A stretch of DNA of 64,000 nt from Octopus sinensis. Lineage: Eukaryota. Positions 11,172-23,149 of this stretch are shown piece by piece. Below the pieces are notes generated by a model, which made no database searches, was not told where the DNA came from, and saw nothing but the letters and a program-made list of their open reading frames with translations. Position 1 is the stretch's first letter, and the number at the start of each line of letters is the position of its first letter. Location: NCBI RefSeq assembly GCF_006345805.1, contig NC_043001.1, positions 19,158,001 to 19,222,000 on the forward strand, read 5' to 3'. The translations under genes and the position numbers were made by a program.

Positions 11172-13575
11172 TTACTTACTACAATTTATTTTATTCCTGT
11201 AGATTTTCAGGAATGTAGAAGAAAATTTATGTACGCAAAAGGGGATCACGTCCGTAAATTTTTTCAGAATATGCGGTCCATAACACCTAAGGATGGTAAG
11301 TGATTCCCTTATGCATAGCCTACACTTGCTAATATTTCTCTTGAAGTTTGGGATTTTAGAAATGATGGACCATTCTAGGAAATAATTCTTATTGTTCTTT
11401 CTCAGGTTGTGTATATGCGATGCAAGTGTAGTTGAGTTAAAGTATTTTTCGTTAGTAAAAGAGCTCATGTGTGACCTATATCGCGCCTTAAAATCCATCG
11501 TACTACCTATATAAAATTTGTTTAGATTATCTACATCCCTAACTACACATTTATATATTACGTTGGTGACCAGACATGAACCACCCAAAGGACATAATTT
11601 GGATTTCCTACAGTTACATGTCTTTTCGGGGCCTTTCCTAATTTTTTTCCTATTATTATCTTTACTTATTTTATCTCCAGTTCCAGGCGGGTTTCGCTCA
11701 TTCCTTCCCTCTAAACTACCCTTATTATATGGGTTCGATGAGTCCGGTAAAGGTAGACCATTTATAGCTTTGGTACTCAGCTTTACAGGATTATCAACCA
11801 CATTTCCTTGGTCATCCTCAAAGGAACTTTTTCTGTCGTTCCACCTAGTAAGCTTGCTTCTATTGATTGAAGCAATGATGGAAGCAAAGTTAGGCATTAC
11901 AGAATAGGAGAATTTTATTGTCGACTTATTGCAGATGCTATAATATTTGTGGTCCTTTGGGAAGTTCTCCTTCAGAATCTTAAAAAATAGTTTTGGTAAA
12001 TTCCTTACTCTAAGGGAGAAAGGGGGAGCGAACCAAATAACTTCCCTTATTCTAGGCCGTGAGCTTCCTGTTTTGTTTAACTTCTTATCAGGATTTTTAA
12101 TTTCCTTATACCTACCCTTACTGCTGTTATCCCTAAACATATTATTATTATTTAAAGGCCTTTTATTATTCCTAGACGTATTATTATTATTATAATTATT
12201 ATTCAAAAACTTATTATTATTACAGTATTTATTATTGTATTTATCTGTAGTAATTGCAACTTGCTCAATTGGCAAACCAGCCATCCTGTTTTTTAGTCTA
12301 GTATTAAGGATATAGAATATTTTAGACTTGTAACCACTTAAACTTAGGGCATTATTATACACTGGTGCATGTTGCTCAAAAGTCTCTTCGTTCGCAGATA
12401 AATTGGATATTCTAGTTGAAATCGCAGTTATGATACTATCTATTGTGGATTTCGGATGATTGGATGACACATTGATATATGCTATCGATTTATTAGTCTT
12501 ACGAAAGGGATAGTATAGACCGGTATTAAGACACAAGGTAACGTCCAAGAAGTTTACTACCCTAGAGTTACTGTCGTAGATGATATCAAGATTTAAAAAA
12601 TCTTTCAAAAAGCTTCTCAACGACTTCTTTAATCTGTTCAATTCGGTCTTAGAGAGGCCCTGCACGGCAAAGAGGGCATCATCCCTATATAATCCACCAG
12701 TAAGGTTAGGGAAGCTTTTCCTAACTTCCGAGAGTAGATACAGGCCAACCAAGTCAGTCACCTGCGCAGAATCTGATGACCCCATGGTAATATCAAAGAA
12801 ATTTTCTGAGTCGGCTCTTTGCCATTCACTCTCATTATAGGAGACAAGTGTTTCTCTTGCCGTTAAAATTACCTCTAAATCCGACTTAGGTATCTCAACA
12901 AATCTTCTTGCGAAGATTAAGGCTTTGTTTAGCAAAATAGGGCTTATAGACCTATAGTAATTCGAAATGTCGAATTGTATAAAGCTGAGCTTAGGTTTAT
13001 CTCTGATAGAGTTAAATCAAAGTATTACATCCTCCGTTCCTTTCCATAAGGGAAGTTCGACCTTATCCCTCACAGTTGGGATAATGCTATCGATAATGAA
13101 TTTACTGATTCTGCCCAAATCAGATTTTGTCGGACATATCAATCTAATCGAAGGATTAGATAGAAAGTCAGGCTTATGGTCCTTCAATAAAGCATGGGGA
13201 GTATTTGGATCATAAGGTTGGGTTCTATCAAGCAGGCCCAAACCAGATATTATTTTCAAATGGTTGGCATTAATCTTATTTATGGCATTTTACCTGCATG
13301 TTTATAGCCAGATTTAAGTTCTTTTAAAATCAATTCATCATATAAATCTGGTGGTATAGAGTAAATGTTCCCAGTTTTATCCGACAATACATGTAGGTCG
13401 GGAGACGATTTCATAGACGAAATCTTCTGAGATAGAATCTTCTGGAATGGATTGGTGTATTTTGAAAATTTCAGGCGTTTGATTAATTTCATCAGGTCCT
13501 GTTCAAACTTGGCAAGAGCTGGGTTGGACGGAGGATTTCTACAGGTTTTGAGGTTAAAGTTATTTTTCTCGCCGG
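11172..13575 (-). pseudogene. PLE RT-GIY-YIG ORF (Naiad-type), disrupted
   Basis: Motifs SDKTGNIY, LLKDHKPDF..PSIRLICPTKSDLGRISK, FIQFDISNYY, ITMGSSDSAQV, GLYRDDAL, NFLDVTL, CNC..CPLGGSC, FYIGST and CRLC..C.H. There is a frameshift near 13285 and a TGA at 13017-13019 in a Trp-like position. Confidence 0.92.
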
Positions 13576-13589
13576 TAAAAGCAATTAAG

Positions 13590-14085
13590 ATTCAAGTGAG
13601 TTCTGTTGAATTCACATGAATGCGGTACTTAACTTAGATGCACCAGAAATCTATATGGTATTAACCATAAGATAATGCGGGGTGATTATAAACAGGAAAA
13701 AAGCAACAAAAATGGATCAATATTTCGGTACAATTGTTTCGTACGAAGACCAGCTTTATTAAGACTGCAAATATTGCAGTAAATATAAGTGACCCGTACT
13801 CATCAGCCGAAAAAACATCTGAGTTCTCCAAACATCTAAGTGGGTGATGTTACACTCCTGAAACATCAGGGATAGTTCTATAAAAATAAGATTTAGGTAA
13901 CAAACGGACTTCTAAAAGTTCTTTAATGTTGCACAGTCATATAACAGGTTTTTAAAAAGTATTTTAAAAAACCTCTTAGTTTCCCAGAAAATGAAAATGT
14001 AAATCCATCCATATTGAAGTAAGTTTGATTTCTGGAGATATGAGGAGAGATTTCATACTCACAGAAGATGCATTTATCCATAATT
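13590..14085 (-). mobile_element. PLE pLTR upstream of the Naiad ORF
   Basis: 13692-14085 is the reverse complement of 14694-15086 and contains a hammerhead. The tail 13590-13690 resembles 51355-51440. Confidence 0.85.
13723..13812 (-). ncRNA. Type I hammerhead ribozyme
   Basis: Inverted copy of 14967-15056 with all core nucleotides intact. Confidence 0.88.
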
Positions 14086-14693
14086 AATTTTATCTAATTT
14101 TTAATCTAATTTAGGTAAACCAACTTAAAGCAAATAAGTTAATTTTGTAATTCTTTTATTTACTACTAGTAAATATTGCTAATCCCATAAAAATAATATA
14201 ACGATTTTTCATTATGAAAAACAATACTCTCAATCCTTTCTTTTGACCCCTAAATGTAGTCCCAAAGTCTGCCAATGTATAAGTAGTAACATTAACATTT
14301 TAGACCTCCTTTCTAGTGTTGCACTGAAATCTGTTAACGTTTTTTTTCCTATAGTGATAACCTTTGACCCGCTTTTACCTTCCCATATCCTCTTTATATA
14401 GCAATTAACGACGGTATACTGGTCAAGATTAGCATTCCTCCTTAAAGCTCTTAGATTCTTGCAAATTCTGAATCAGTCAGTTTGTCTCCACTGAAATAAA
14501 CTATTCTGCGTAGTTTGATATTTACACCCCCTTCCACTCTCAGTTACCCCAATATACCCTATGTGAGTGATTGTCTCTACGCTCCATTAACTCTCCTTCA
14601 ACAAATAGAATTCTAACATAGCAGTTTTGAGAAATTATCAGAAATGTAACCAGTATATCATCACACATCAGGAAACACACTTTATTATGGACT

Positions 14694-15086
14694 AATTATG
14701 GATAAATGCATCTTCTGTGAGTATGAAATCTCTCCTCATATCTCCAGAAATTAAACTTACTTCAATATGGATGGATTTACATTTTCATTTTCTGGGAAAC
14801 TAAGAGGTTTTTTAAAATACTTTTTTAAAACCTGTTATATGACTGTGCAACATTAAAGAACTTTTAGACGTCCGTTTGTTACCTAAATCTTATTTTTATA
14901 GAACTATCCCTGAGGTTTCAGGAGTGTAACATCACCCCCTTAGATGTTTGGAGAACTCAGATGTTTTTTCGGCTGATGAGTACGGGTCACTTATATTTAC
15001 TGCAATATTTGCAGTCTTAATAAAGCTGGTCTTCGTACGAAACAATTGTACCGAAATATTGATCCATTTTTGTTGCTTTTTTCTTG
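14694..15086 (+). mobile_element. Inverted PLE pLTR copy ending in (TA)n
   Basis: ~395-bp inverted repeat of 13692-14085 around a ~610-bp spacer. Confidence 0.88.
14967..15056 (+). ncRNA. Type I hammerhead ribozyme
   Basis: tttcgg-CTGATGA(14973)-gtacg...cgtac-GAAAC(15039)-aatt-GTA(15048)-ccgaaa, with a perfect 6-bp stem I. Confidence 0.9.
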
Positions 15087-15101
15087 TATATATATATATA
15101 T

Positions 15102-15690
15102 ATGTTTACGCCCGATATGGGCATGGAAAAAACATGTAAATTGGTGGAACAAATATGCCACAGTACAGGTTCGCTTCGACAGCGAAGAAAAAGCGAAAGA
15201 ACTTTCGACGCTCGCCTTACAGTCGGAAAAACTGATTTTAATTCCGACCTACCTTGGTCAACGTCTGACAAAATTTTCGATAAAAAGTGTCCCTCCAGAA
15301 ATAGAGTCACAATGGCTGTTGTTAGCCATTTGCTACAACATGGAGGAGAACATAAACATCTCGAATTTGCCGCCTTGGAGCAAGAGAAATGGTCGGGGAA
15401 AATGATTCAGTTATAGATGCAAATAGATCAAAACCAAATCAATAGCATTCCACACCAAATTGAGCAGCCCGACGGCAATAACCATTGCGTGGTGGTAGAG
15501 GGTAGTAGGCATCGTTGTTACTTGTGTGGCAGCGAGGAACACCTAAGATGTGATTGCCCAACAGCAAAAAACAACAAAAACCAAAACAAAAACTACAACA
15601 AGGAAAAAGTGCAAAGAGAAAAGAAAAAAAAAGAAAAGCACTTGGGCCCACAGCATGAACTAGCATCTATCGCAGGCAATTCTGTGAAAT
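15102..15690 (+). mobile_element. LINE ORF1 (gag-like) 3' fragment with CCHC zinc knuckle
   Basis: CLRPIWAW...VQVRFDSEEKAKEL...RCYLCGSEEHLRCDCP, split over two ORFs. It runs into the inner end of the right IR1 arm. Confidence 0.75.
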
Positions 15691-16677
15691 AGTCATGCTT
15701 ACACTCAATAGTTAATGTTGTAGATCAAGTGGGAAAGTAATATATTATGTCCAATAAGAGTTTCCCAATGAAATAAAACTGTTTTCATGTTTACTTAATC
15801 ATGTGTCTTCCTTTAATATATCAGAATGGGATGTATGTCTTTTAAATCACACCATTGAATCATGTTGTTACTATTTAACGCCTGTCTATCGTATAATGCA
15901 CTTGACACCGGGCTGTTATGAACGCATAGGAAAACAACTTTTATTTTCTTACACGAAAAATAACTTTCCAAGAGAAATGTAATCGTGCTTTATTTAAATG
16001 GATATGCTTTTAACGAAGAACAATTCTGGGCCACTTGTTGTTACATTTCAAAATGTGCCCTTTCTTTTTCGAGGTGGTAGAGTGTAATTTAGGGCTGATT
16101 TGGATGTTATATCTGATAATTCAGTTGATCATATACGGGCTTTTTCGTTGACAAACATCAAGTTGATGATGACCAAGAAGTCATTTGGTGCGGAAATAGT
16201 CGAGTCGCGAATGACGAGGTGCAATTTACAGATTTGTAGTTCCAGATATACCATAACTGACAGCCTAACTGAATAAAATTGCATATTCCGACATGCAGTG
16301 CGACTGGTTAGGCATGCACCCATTGCTGTCCATTTCATATTTTTGTATGACTATTGGTGATGCTGTCATTACTCAAATATAATCGAGCAGAGATATGTTA
16401 TGAGGGTAGTTGATCGAACTACTAGGTGCGAGCCATAAATATCTAAGATGTATATCTTCAAGATGTTCTATTCATACGAAGATCATTCTCTGCATCATTA
16501 CCTGGTGTGGTGAATAATAGAATGAGATGCTGTGTTGCGACCTGTACGCCTTATCCTGTGTTTGTCATGTATATTCCAATATTTTTGTCATGTAACGGAT
16601 TAAATTGAAAACTGATCCGCCAAATTATTGAGTCATATTTATGTAGGATTTTTGTGCTTGTAGGACAGAAGAGAGAT

Positions 16678-17222
16678 CTCCGCAGTGACCAAAGGGCGAA
16701 TCTATCAGGCCGTCGGTCGTACTATCCTCCTCTGTAGTTGTGAAACATGGCCTATGAGGGGAATAGATCAGCGAAGGCTGGAGGTGTTCGACAATGATTG
16801 TCTCCGCCGCAATCTTCGCTGCCGACGCATTGATCGGGTTCCTACAGCCGGTCTTCGTCATTGCCTGAATCTCCGGCTTCTCCCTTCGGTGCTTCTACAA
16901 CGGCGCTTAAAGTGGTTCGGTCATGTGGCCCGGCGTCCAGAAGGTGAGCTGATTCGCGATGTCCTCCTCCCAACTCCACTTCCCAACTGGCGCAAACGCA
17001 CGGGCCGGCAGCTGAAGACCTGGGCAACGACGATAAAGGAGGACCTCTCCGAACTCTCAGGTCCGCAGGTGGTCGGTCTGCGCTGATGGAACCGCGAATG
17101 GCTGGCTATCTCCAGTGACCTCGCACAGGACCGTCGAGCGTGGTTCGTGATGCCGTCAGGACCAGAGAAGGAGCCGGCTCAACTCGCCCCGGGTAAACGC
17201 CGTTACAAGTACAAGTAAGTAA
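16678..17222 (+). mobile_element. RTE-clade LINE 3' fragment (IR1 copy)
   Basis: Same ORF as 5611-6065, with the complete 3' end ...ggtaaacgccgttacaagtacaagtaag. Confidence 0.9.
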
Positions 17223-17883
17223 GGATATTTTTGGAATATTTATTTATATAAAAGTCTTGGTCTCTGAAAACATTTATCTTTGTATCTAAATCAACAACAT
17301 TGCTTAAACAGCAGTAAATAAATATGATATCTGATCTAAGTTGAAACATTTATCGAAATAACTGTAGCTGGTTCGGTTCAACTCATGGTGACAGTATCAG
17401 ACTGACGTGCAGAAGAAGGGACAAAATGAAATAAAATAACTCATTGAAACTCAATTAAAAATAAAACAGGAATCGTGATGTTACTAGATGAAAGGTATTT
17501 ATTTAATGATTACAATCGTATAGAATGTTCCGCTCTTAAAACCAAATTTTACTTTTTTAAAATTTCTAGATAATGCTTGTTTCCAGGATTATTCTTGGCA
17601 TTTTAGAGCAAAATTACACAATTAGACCAGAGAACCGTGTAACAGAATTATTCTTCTCACGATTATTGTTAGTTTACAATTAGTCTCCAGCTGGTATGTA
17701 AAAAAAATGGTCAATCATTAGAAATACTTTAGATGCATTTATCTATTATTTTAGAAGTATTTATATGGAATATTACTGAATTAGGTTGATTGTAGAATCT
17801 GTAGAGTTGCATGCAAAATACTTTCTGGTATTTTCTTTACTTTCCGGGTTCAAATTTCGCCAAAATGAGCTTTGCTTTTCGTT

Positions 17884-18885
17884 TGTAGCGGTATCTGACA
17901 TCCTCACTGTTTGAGAGACACGGCAGGAATGATCTCGTTTGAGATTACAGCCATCTTTGGCTGAGTTGTTCCTGTTGTGTCCACTGACCTGATTGGTTGA
18001 CATGTGGCGCGATTTGTCTCTACTTATTTCGCGCCACTGTCCAAAGCCAACCAATCACGGCCTTTGGTTAAGGTCCAATTTTCCTAGGCTCTGTTGAGCC
18101 ACCTTTCTTGTGTATAAAGGATTCTTCTCAGTATACTTGGTCTTTGACTCCTGACCTTCTAAGGTCTAGTCACTGACCACAGAGCTACTCAATATGTTCC
18201 AGTTCCAGCGACAGACGATTGCTCCTGCTACAACCAGCGACGACTCTAACATACACCAGCACCGCAGAACACCTTCTTTCTCCGCCGCCGTCGTCACCAT
18301 CATTGTACCAACTTCAAGTCGTCTCTACCATCGTCCACTTTAGATATGTATACACCAACTTCACAGACTCACGCTGATAGAATGAATCCCTTCGCCAAGT
18401 AAAACAGTCCATCTGAAGAATTCTATATTAGGAGAACCAGGTCGGTGATTGAGACCACAGCCGCGGCTCGACAATATTCGCCAACCGGTCTCTGCCCGAG
18501 ACACATCTTTATATGGAACTCTTACATATCGTGTACCTTATGAACTGTAAACCAATCTCCATCATTAACTCTATGCTCTGTACTTTCTGTGTCACACGCA
18601 TTCACCCTTATTTGTATCTGTCACACACACGAACACACAGACACAAACACTTGTTGCATGCACACATACACAACACTTGCTAGCACTCACAACCCTCTAA
18701 CCTTAACACCTTGTAAATAAAATCTTATCTTCTCTCAAACAGTGGAACGGCTTGTCGTCTTTCATCTATATTCTGTTGGCACTGCATTGTATAAATTGTA
18801 TTTATGGCTTATCTTATTTCGTTAGGGATACGACCGTGTGACTTACCTATGTCGCCAACCTCCAAATACGGTCGTATTTCCTACA
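17884..18885 (+). mobile_element. Solo LTR (1002 bp), probably Ty3/gypsy
   Basis: TGTAG...CTACA termini and a 4-bp TSD (cgtt/cgct). The empty site is seen in the left arm at 4941-4960, and aataaa occurs near 18716. Confidence 0.88.
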
Positions 18886-20229
18886 CGCTCCTCCGAGGTG
18901 GATAAAATAAGTAGTATCAGTCAAGAACTGGAATCGATCCACGTTCCATCTCTGAAATGAGTGACAATGTGTCATTGGTAGAATTCAGTATTCTTGAGTA
19001 TCTCGAATATATTTTTCTCTGTATTTTGTTACCATTTCGTAGATTCATCAGATTTTGTTTCTAGTATTTTTAGAATAAGAAATTTTCATTTCCTGATTTT
19101 ATTTTACAGTTCTTCTTGGTTGAATATAAATTTGGTTTCAAGTGTGTCTTGCCAACTTGTTTACAATATTGTTTCTTTGTTAGTGCTGATGTAGCCCGAA
19201 CAAGCTGTTCTGCTGGAAGAAAGCATCGAATTTCGCACCTTGATTGCATCCTACAGTCATAAGATTAGAATATGTAGCCCTGGTTATACGAAAAGGTAAG
19301 ATAATTAAGACTGGAATATCGTTCATCATAGATATAATTGATTAGTATTGGTCTGAATCTAAATAATAATATCAACGCCACTTTTCGGCTTTTAGTTGCC
19401 GTCAACGAAGTTTATTTTGCTGCAGGAATTCTGATCCGTTTCTCTGTTCAAGGAAAATGCGCTGTCTTCAAACGTTCTCCCATTTATGTTACATGTTTTT
19501 GAAATAATTTGTTAACATTATTAAGAACGGAACATTGGCAAAATCGATAGTATAGCTATATTTAGTTGCTTAAATTCGCTTTCTAAGTTCAAGTACCACC
19601 ATCGAAATCGGCTTTGCCGTTCATCTGTCAGGAGTCAATAAAATAAATACAGTTCTGTAAAGATTTAATCGACTATCCCTTTACCCAAAATCTTTGGCCG
19701 TATATTAGAAATCAATGAGTTACAATTCACATTTGCTATTCAATTTATTTAACAAAAAGACAAAAAAAAACGTCATGGAAGAGATCAATACGTATCAGAT
19801 GTGTGAAAAGAACATAAATATCTGGATTAAAAGGATAATGATAAATAAATCCTATAGATGGGAAATAACTTTGAACAACTTAATACGCATCAGAGTAACA
19901 TTTCCGAGGGGAGGTTATTCAATGAAGGGAGGCTACAATAAAAAGATCTTTCTCAGAAATAAACTTTTATTTAAGTTCTTATTCTGTAAATCCAGTTGTT
20001 GCTGTTTAATCTCAATGTAACATAATGATTTGCAAAAGGGTATCCCTCGCTAAAAGCAATCAGGGACCATGTGGTGGTGAGGGACCGATTGGCGGGATTA
20101 AGTCTACCAGTCCATAACAGATAAAGCTCATCCGACGATCTTATGGAGATTACCCGTCTATGCCATTTAATTTACAGTGCCTTGGATCGGTCTGTAATTG
20201 TGATAAAGGACACTTGAACAAGGTGTTAC

Positions 20230-20274
<45 letters not shown>

Positions 20275-20684
20275 AAAGGTCCGACTTACACAGAATAGAA
20301 ATGATATCAAGAATTAAAGGGTTGAAGAAAAGTCGTATTCCATCGTAATTCCATCTTTAATCTCCCTTCTGTCAACACCTCAAATATAGGATTTCTTCCC
20401 TGAAGACGGGGGTTCGTCTCATCTGACGTTGGAATCAATTTCCCCTGTCTTCAGGGAAGAAATCTCACATTTTTAAAATGTAAAAACAAAAAGGAAGTGA
20501 GATAACCCCAATAATGGTATCACGTGATATATTATATTGAAAACCATCAAGGCATTGTTATCATCTATCGATAGGTTTTGGTTATCGAACAGTAACAGAT
20601 TGTTACTAGTAACAGATTTTGATTAATTATTAAGTTATAAAACGTATCGTTATCACCAGTAGATTTTATTTTTCAACGACGGGA

Positions 20685-20864
20685 TTAAGAGTTATTTCTG
20701 TTCTCATTGTTCACAATTTCCAGTTCGTTAAAAGCCAGTTTATCATATCTTGGAGAAGACTCTTCTTCTAGGACTTCATATGTTTCCTCACCGATGTTTC
20801 TTGGGTTTGTTGTTGTTGCAGTGTTTTTATTCACTATACTACTATTGCAGAAGGAAATAGTTGT
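20685..20864 (-). CDS. Paralogue B, terminal exon with ITAM-like motif
   Basis: Same acceptor as paralogue A. Reads TTISFCNSSIVNKNTATTTNPRNIGEETYEVLEEESSPRYDKLAFNELEIVNNENRNNS*. A 1-nt insertion creates TAA and removes YHVVEK. Confidence 0.8.
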   Translation of the reverse strand, partial: TTISFCNSSIVNKNTATTTNPRNIGEETYEVLEEESSPRYDKLAFNELEIVNNENRNNS

Positions 20865-21153
20865 CTGTAATAAAATAAAAATAAAATATATAAACCCGTG
20901 TGAATGAGTGGATGCTAGAAACGGTCACCTTATAGTATTTCGTTATATCTCCTTACGTTTTGAGGTCAAATCCCACCTAGGTCTACATTGTATTTTATTT
21001 TTTCGATGTAATAAAACAGGGGCCAATTGTTTAAAGTGAAGTTCCGTCTGATCATTTTGGTAACTAAACGTTCTTCAAACTACACCCTACCACCTGAAAC
21101 AGATAATAGAGTCTTACACACATTAGAGAGAGAGGAAGAGAGTAAGTACTAAC

Positions 21154-21247
21154 CGTGGTTTCATCGATTTCTTCATACGGATGATTTTTCTCATTTACAT
21201 TTTGAACATTTGAACTGGCGAATTTATCATCTGGAGTTGAGTTTCGT
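21154..21247 (-). CDS. Paralogue B, cytoplasmic YEEI exon
   Basis: Splice sites are conserved and there is an in-frame 24-nt insertion. Reads RNSTPDDKFASSNVQNVNEKNHPYEEIDETT. Confidence 0.82.
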
Positions 21248-22102
21248 CTGGAGGAAATACCAAATGAATATCATTAAGTGGTACGTGAACGGCAAGATGT
21301 GTAAGGCATCGGTTAAAATATTTTGAGGGTTTTAGGTACGTTTATTTACGTTTAGATTCCAAACACCACCCAGTTCTTCTTTCAGAAAAATATTCTAAAT
21401 ATTAAACCATTGTGAAAGGGGATCCCATCGGGATTATTAGGCGAAAGGCTGCCAAAACCTATGTTGATATGTGTGTGGTATTTATAACGAATACACTTAC
21501 TTCTGGCTGTTACAGTCCACTATAAATAGCTTTCATGGATTTTTTAAAATTGGTTGTTGTAGAGTAGAAGTACTGTAAATTATCGCGTGTTTTGTTAAAT
21601 CATAATGCTTGTGTCTCTGGAGTAAACCAATAGCAAACTGCTGGAGTAGTCAACTTCAAACAAGAATTACGGATAAGAGATAGATTTTTTGACTGAACGA
21701 ATAAAGCAACACAATTTAGTTACGTTTCTTTACGCTTTGTATTCAAATCTCTCCGAGATATGGTTTGTATTTATTTTGTTCTGGGGACTCTAAATATTAC
21801 TATATGTAAACGACTGTATCCACTTCTAATCCAGCCCTAAAATTTCTATCCTGTGTCCCTGTTAGAAATTATCTTTATTAATACTGTTATTTTCTTTGTA
21901 TTTTGTACTCGCCCTTTTCAAGCCTAGCCAGGCTGATGGGCCCGGTTTCCCGGTTTCTATGGCATATGTGTGTGTCCCCCCCCCCCGCCCCGCTGGACGG
22001 GACGCCAGTCCATCGCAGCGTTGCTCAAGAAACAGGAAGAAAGACTGAGAGAAAGTTTGGGCGAAAGAGTACAACAGGGGTCGGAACAGAAACTTTACTT
22101 AC

Positions 22103-22310
22103 TTTCGTCTAAATGATATCCATAAAATTAAGAAGAGAATAAATATGATCGCTAATACCAAAAGTGTGGCCAAAGAAGCAACCAGTGTTAGATTTTTGGT
22201 TGTTGGTGATTCCTTTTCCGAGAAGGTTTTGAAAAATTTTTCCAATTCCGTCTCGCTCCAACACCCAGATCCTTTGGGCCAGATCGTATGGCATTGGTGT
22301 TTTTTAGAAG
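22103..22310 (-). CDS. Paralogue B, juxtamembrane and TM exon (short stalk)
   Basis: Acceptor ttctcacag| and donor aa|gtaagt. Reads SKKHQCHTIWPKGSGCWSETELEKFFKTFSEKESPTTKNLTLVASLATLLVLAIIFILFLILWISFRR. Confidence 0.85.
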
Positions 22311-23149
22311 CTGTGAGAACAAGTTTTTAAAAAGAGGAGCTAAATAGTATAAATACATACATCATACAATATATCGTTGTTCAATCCCAAATTGAAGGAA
22401 TGCAAACAAATAAATGGTCATAACAAATAAATTAAAACTCGAAAAAGACATAGATATATGAATGCAGGCAGACATACGTATGCACACACATACTGACATC
22501 AATACATGCATACGTACATACTTATATACATACGTATATACATACATGATGATTGCTTCAGTTTGTCAGATAAAAAAACTGAAATGATTGTGAGACATTT
22601 GTACGTCACTGAATTTAGATGACAAAAGCTTGTGCAAAACTTTCACCACTCTCTCGGTCGCCATAAGAGATTCCAGTGACAAGTATCGCAAGATAACTGG
22701 GACTATTTTGACTGCGAGTTTTTACGACAGATTGTCTTTCTCCTAGAATGACTACCTTCCCCACGGCTTTGTCGGAAATAACGGGAGCCTCCTCTACCCT
22801 TGGGAAGTCTGTTCAATCCACGGATAGGACCATGACAGATAGTACCGTTCCGTATCAGAACCGAACTGGTAGTAAAGGTTTTTAAGAAGTGAATCCACGC
22901 ATCCCACAATTCCAGAGTTCTCGAACTGAAGCCTCGCCACTGGATCAGGATTGAACGACGTACATACATAAACGGAACAGTGAAATTATGTACAGATTTT
23001 GGAAAGCAGCTCAAGAACGAAACATTTACTGTCGGTGTTATCCAAATGCCAACGACAGAATTTTTTACTTCGCTAGAAAAGAACTTTCTTGTGCGAGGAA
23101 TTGTAAACACGCACACACGCGCGCGCTCATAATTGTTCAGTTTTATACA

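Larger units (their letters stand above)
10165..13585 (-). mobile_element. Penelope-like retroelement, Naiad-type, 5'-truncated, with 3' pLTR region
   Basis: RT plus C-terminal GIY-YIG ORF, followed by an AT-rich 3' region with a hammerhead, ending in (TA)n at ~10165. Confidence 0.9.
15625..22670. repeat. Right arm of inverted duplication IR1
   Basis: Reverse complement of 1-8169, apart from the arm-specific indels. Confidence 0.97.

Noticed and set aside
13017-13019. In-frame UGA in a Naiad ORF as possible selenocysteine (Sec-encoding Naiads are known)
   Set aside because: It falls at a position that is normally Trp (VIxWF), the conserved Cys codons are TGT/TGC, and the ORF also has a frameshift near 13285. 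A SECIS-like ATGAA..GAT near 10745-10797 (-) pairs poorly. SECISearch would settle it.
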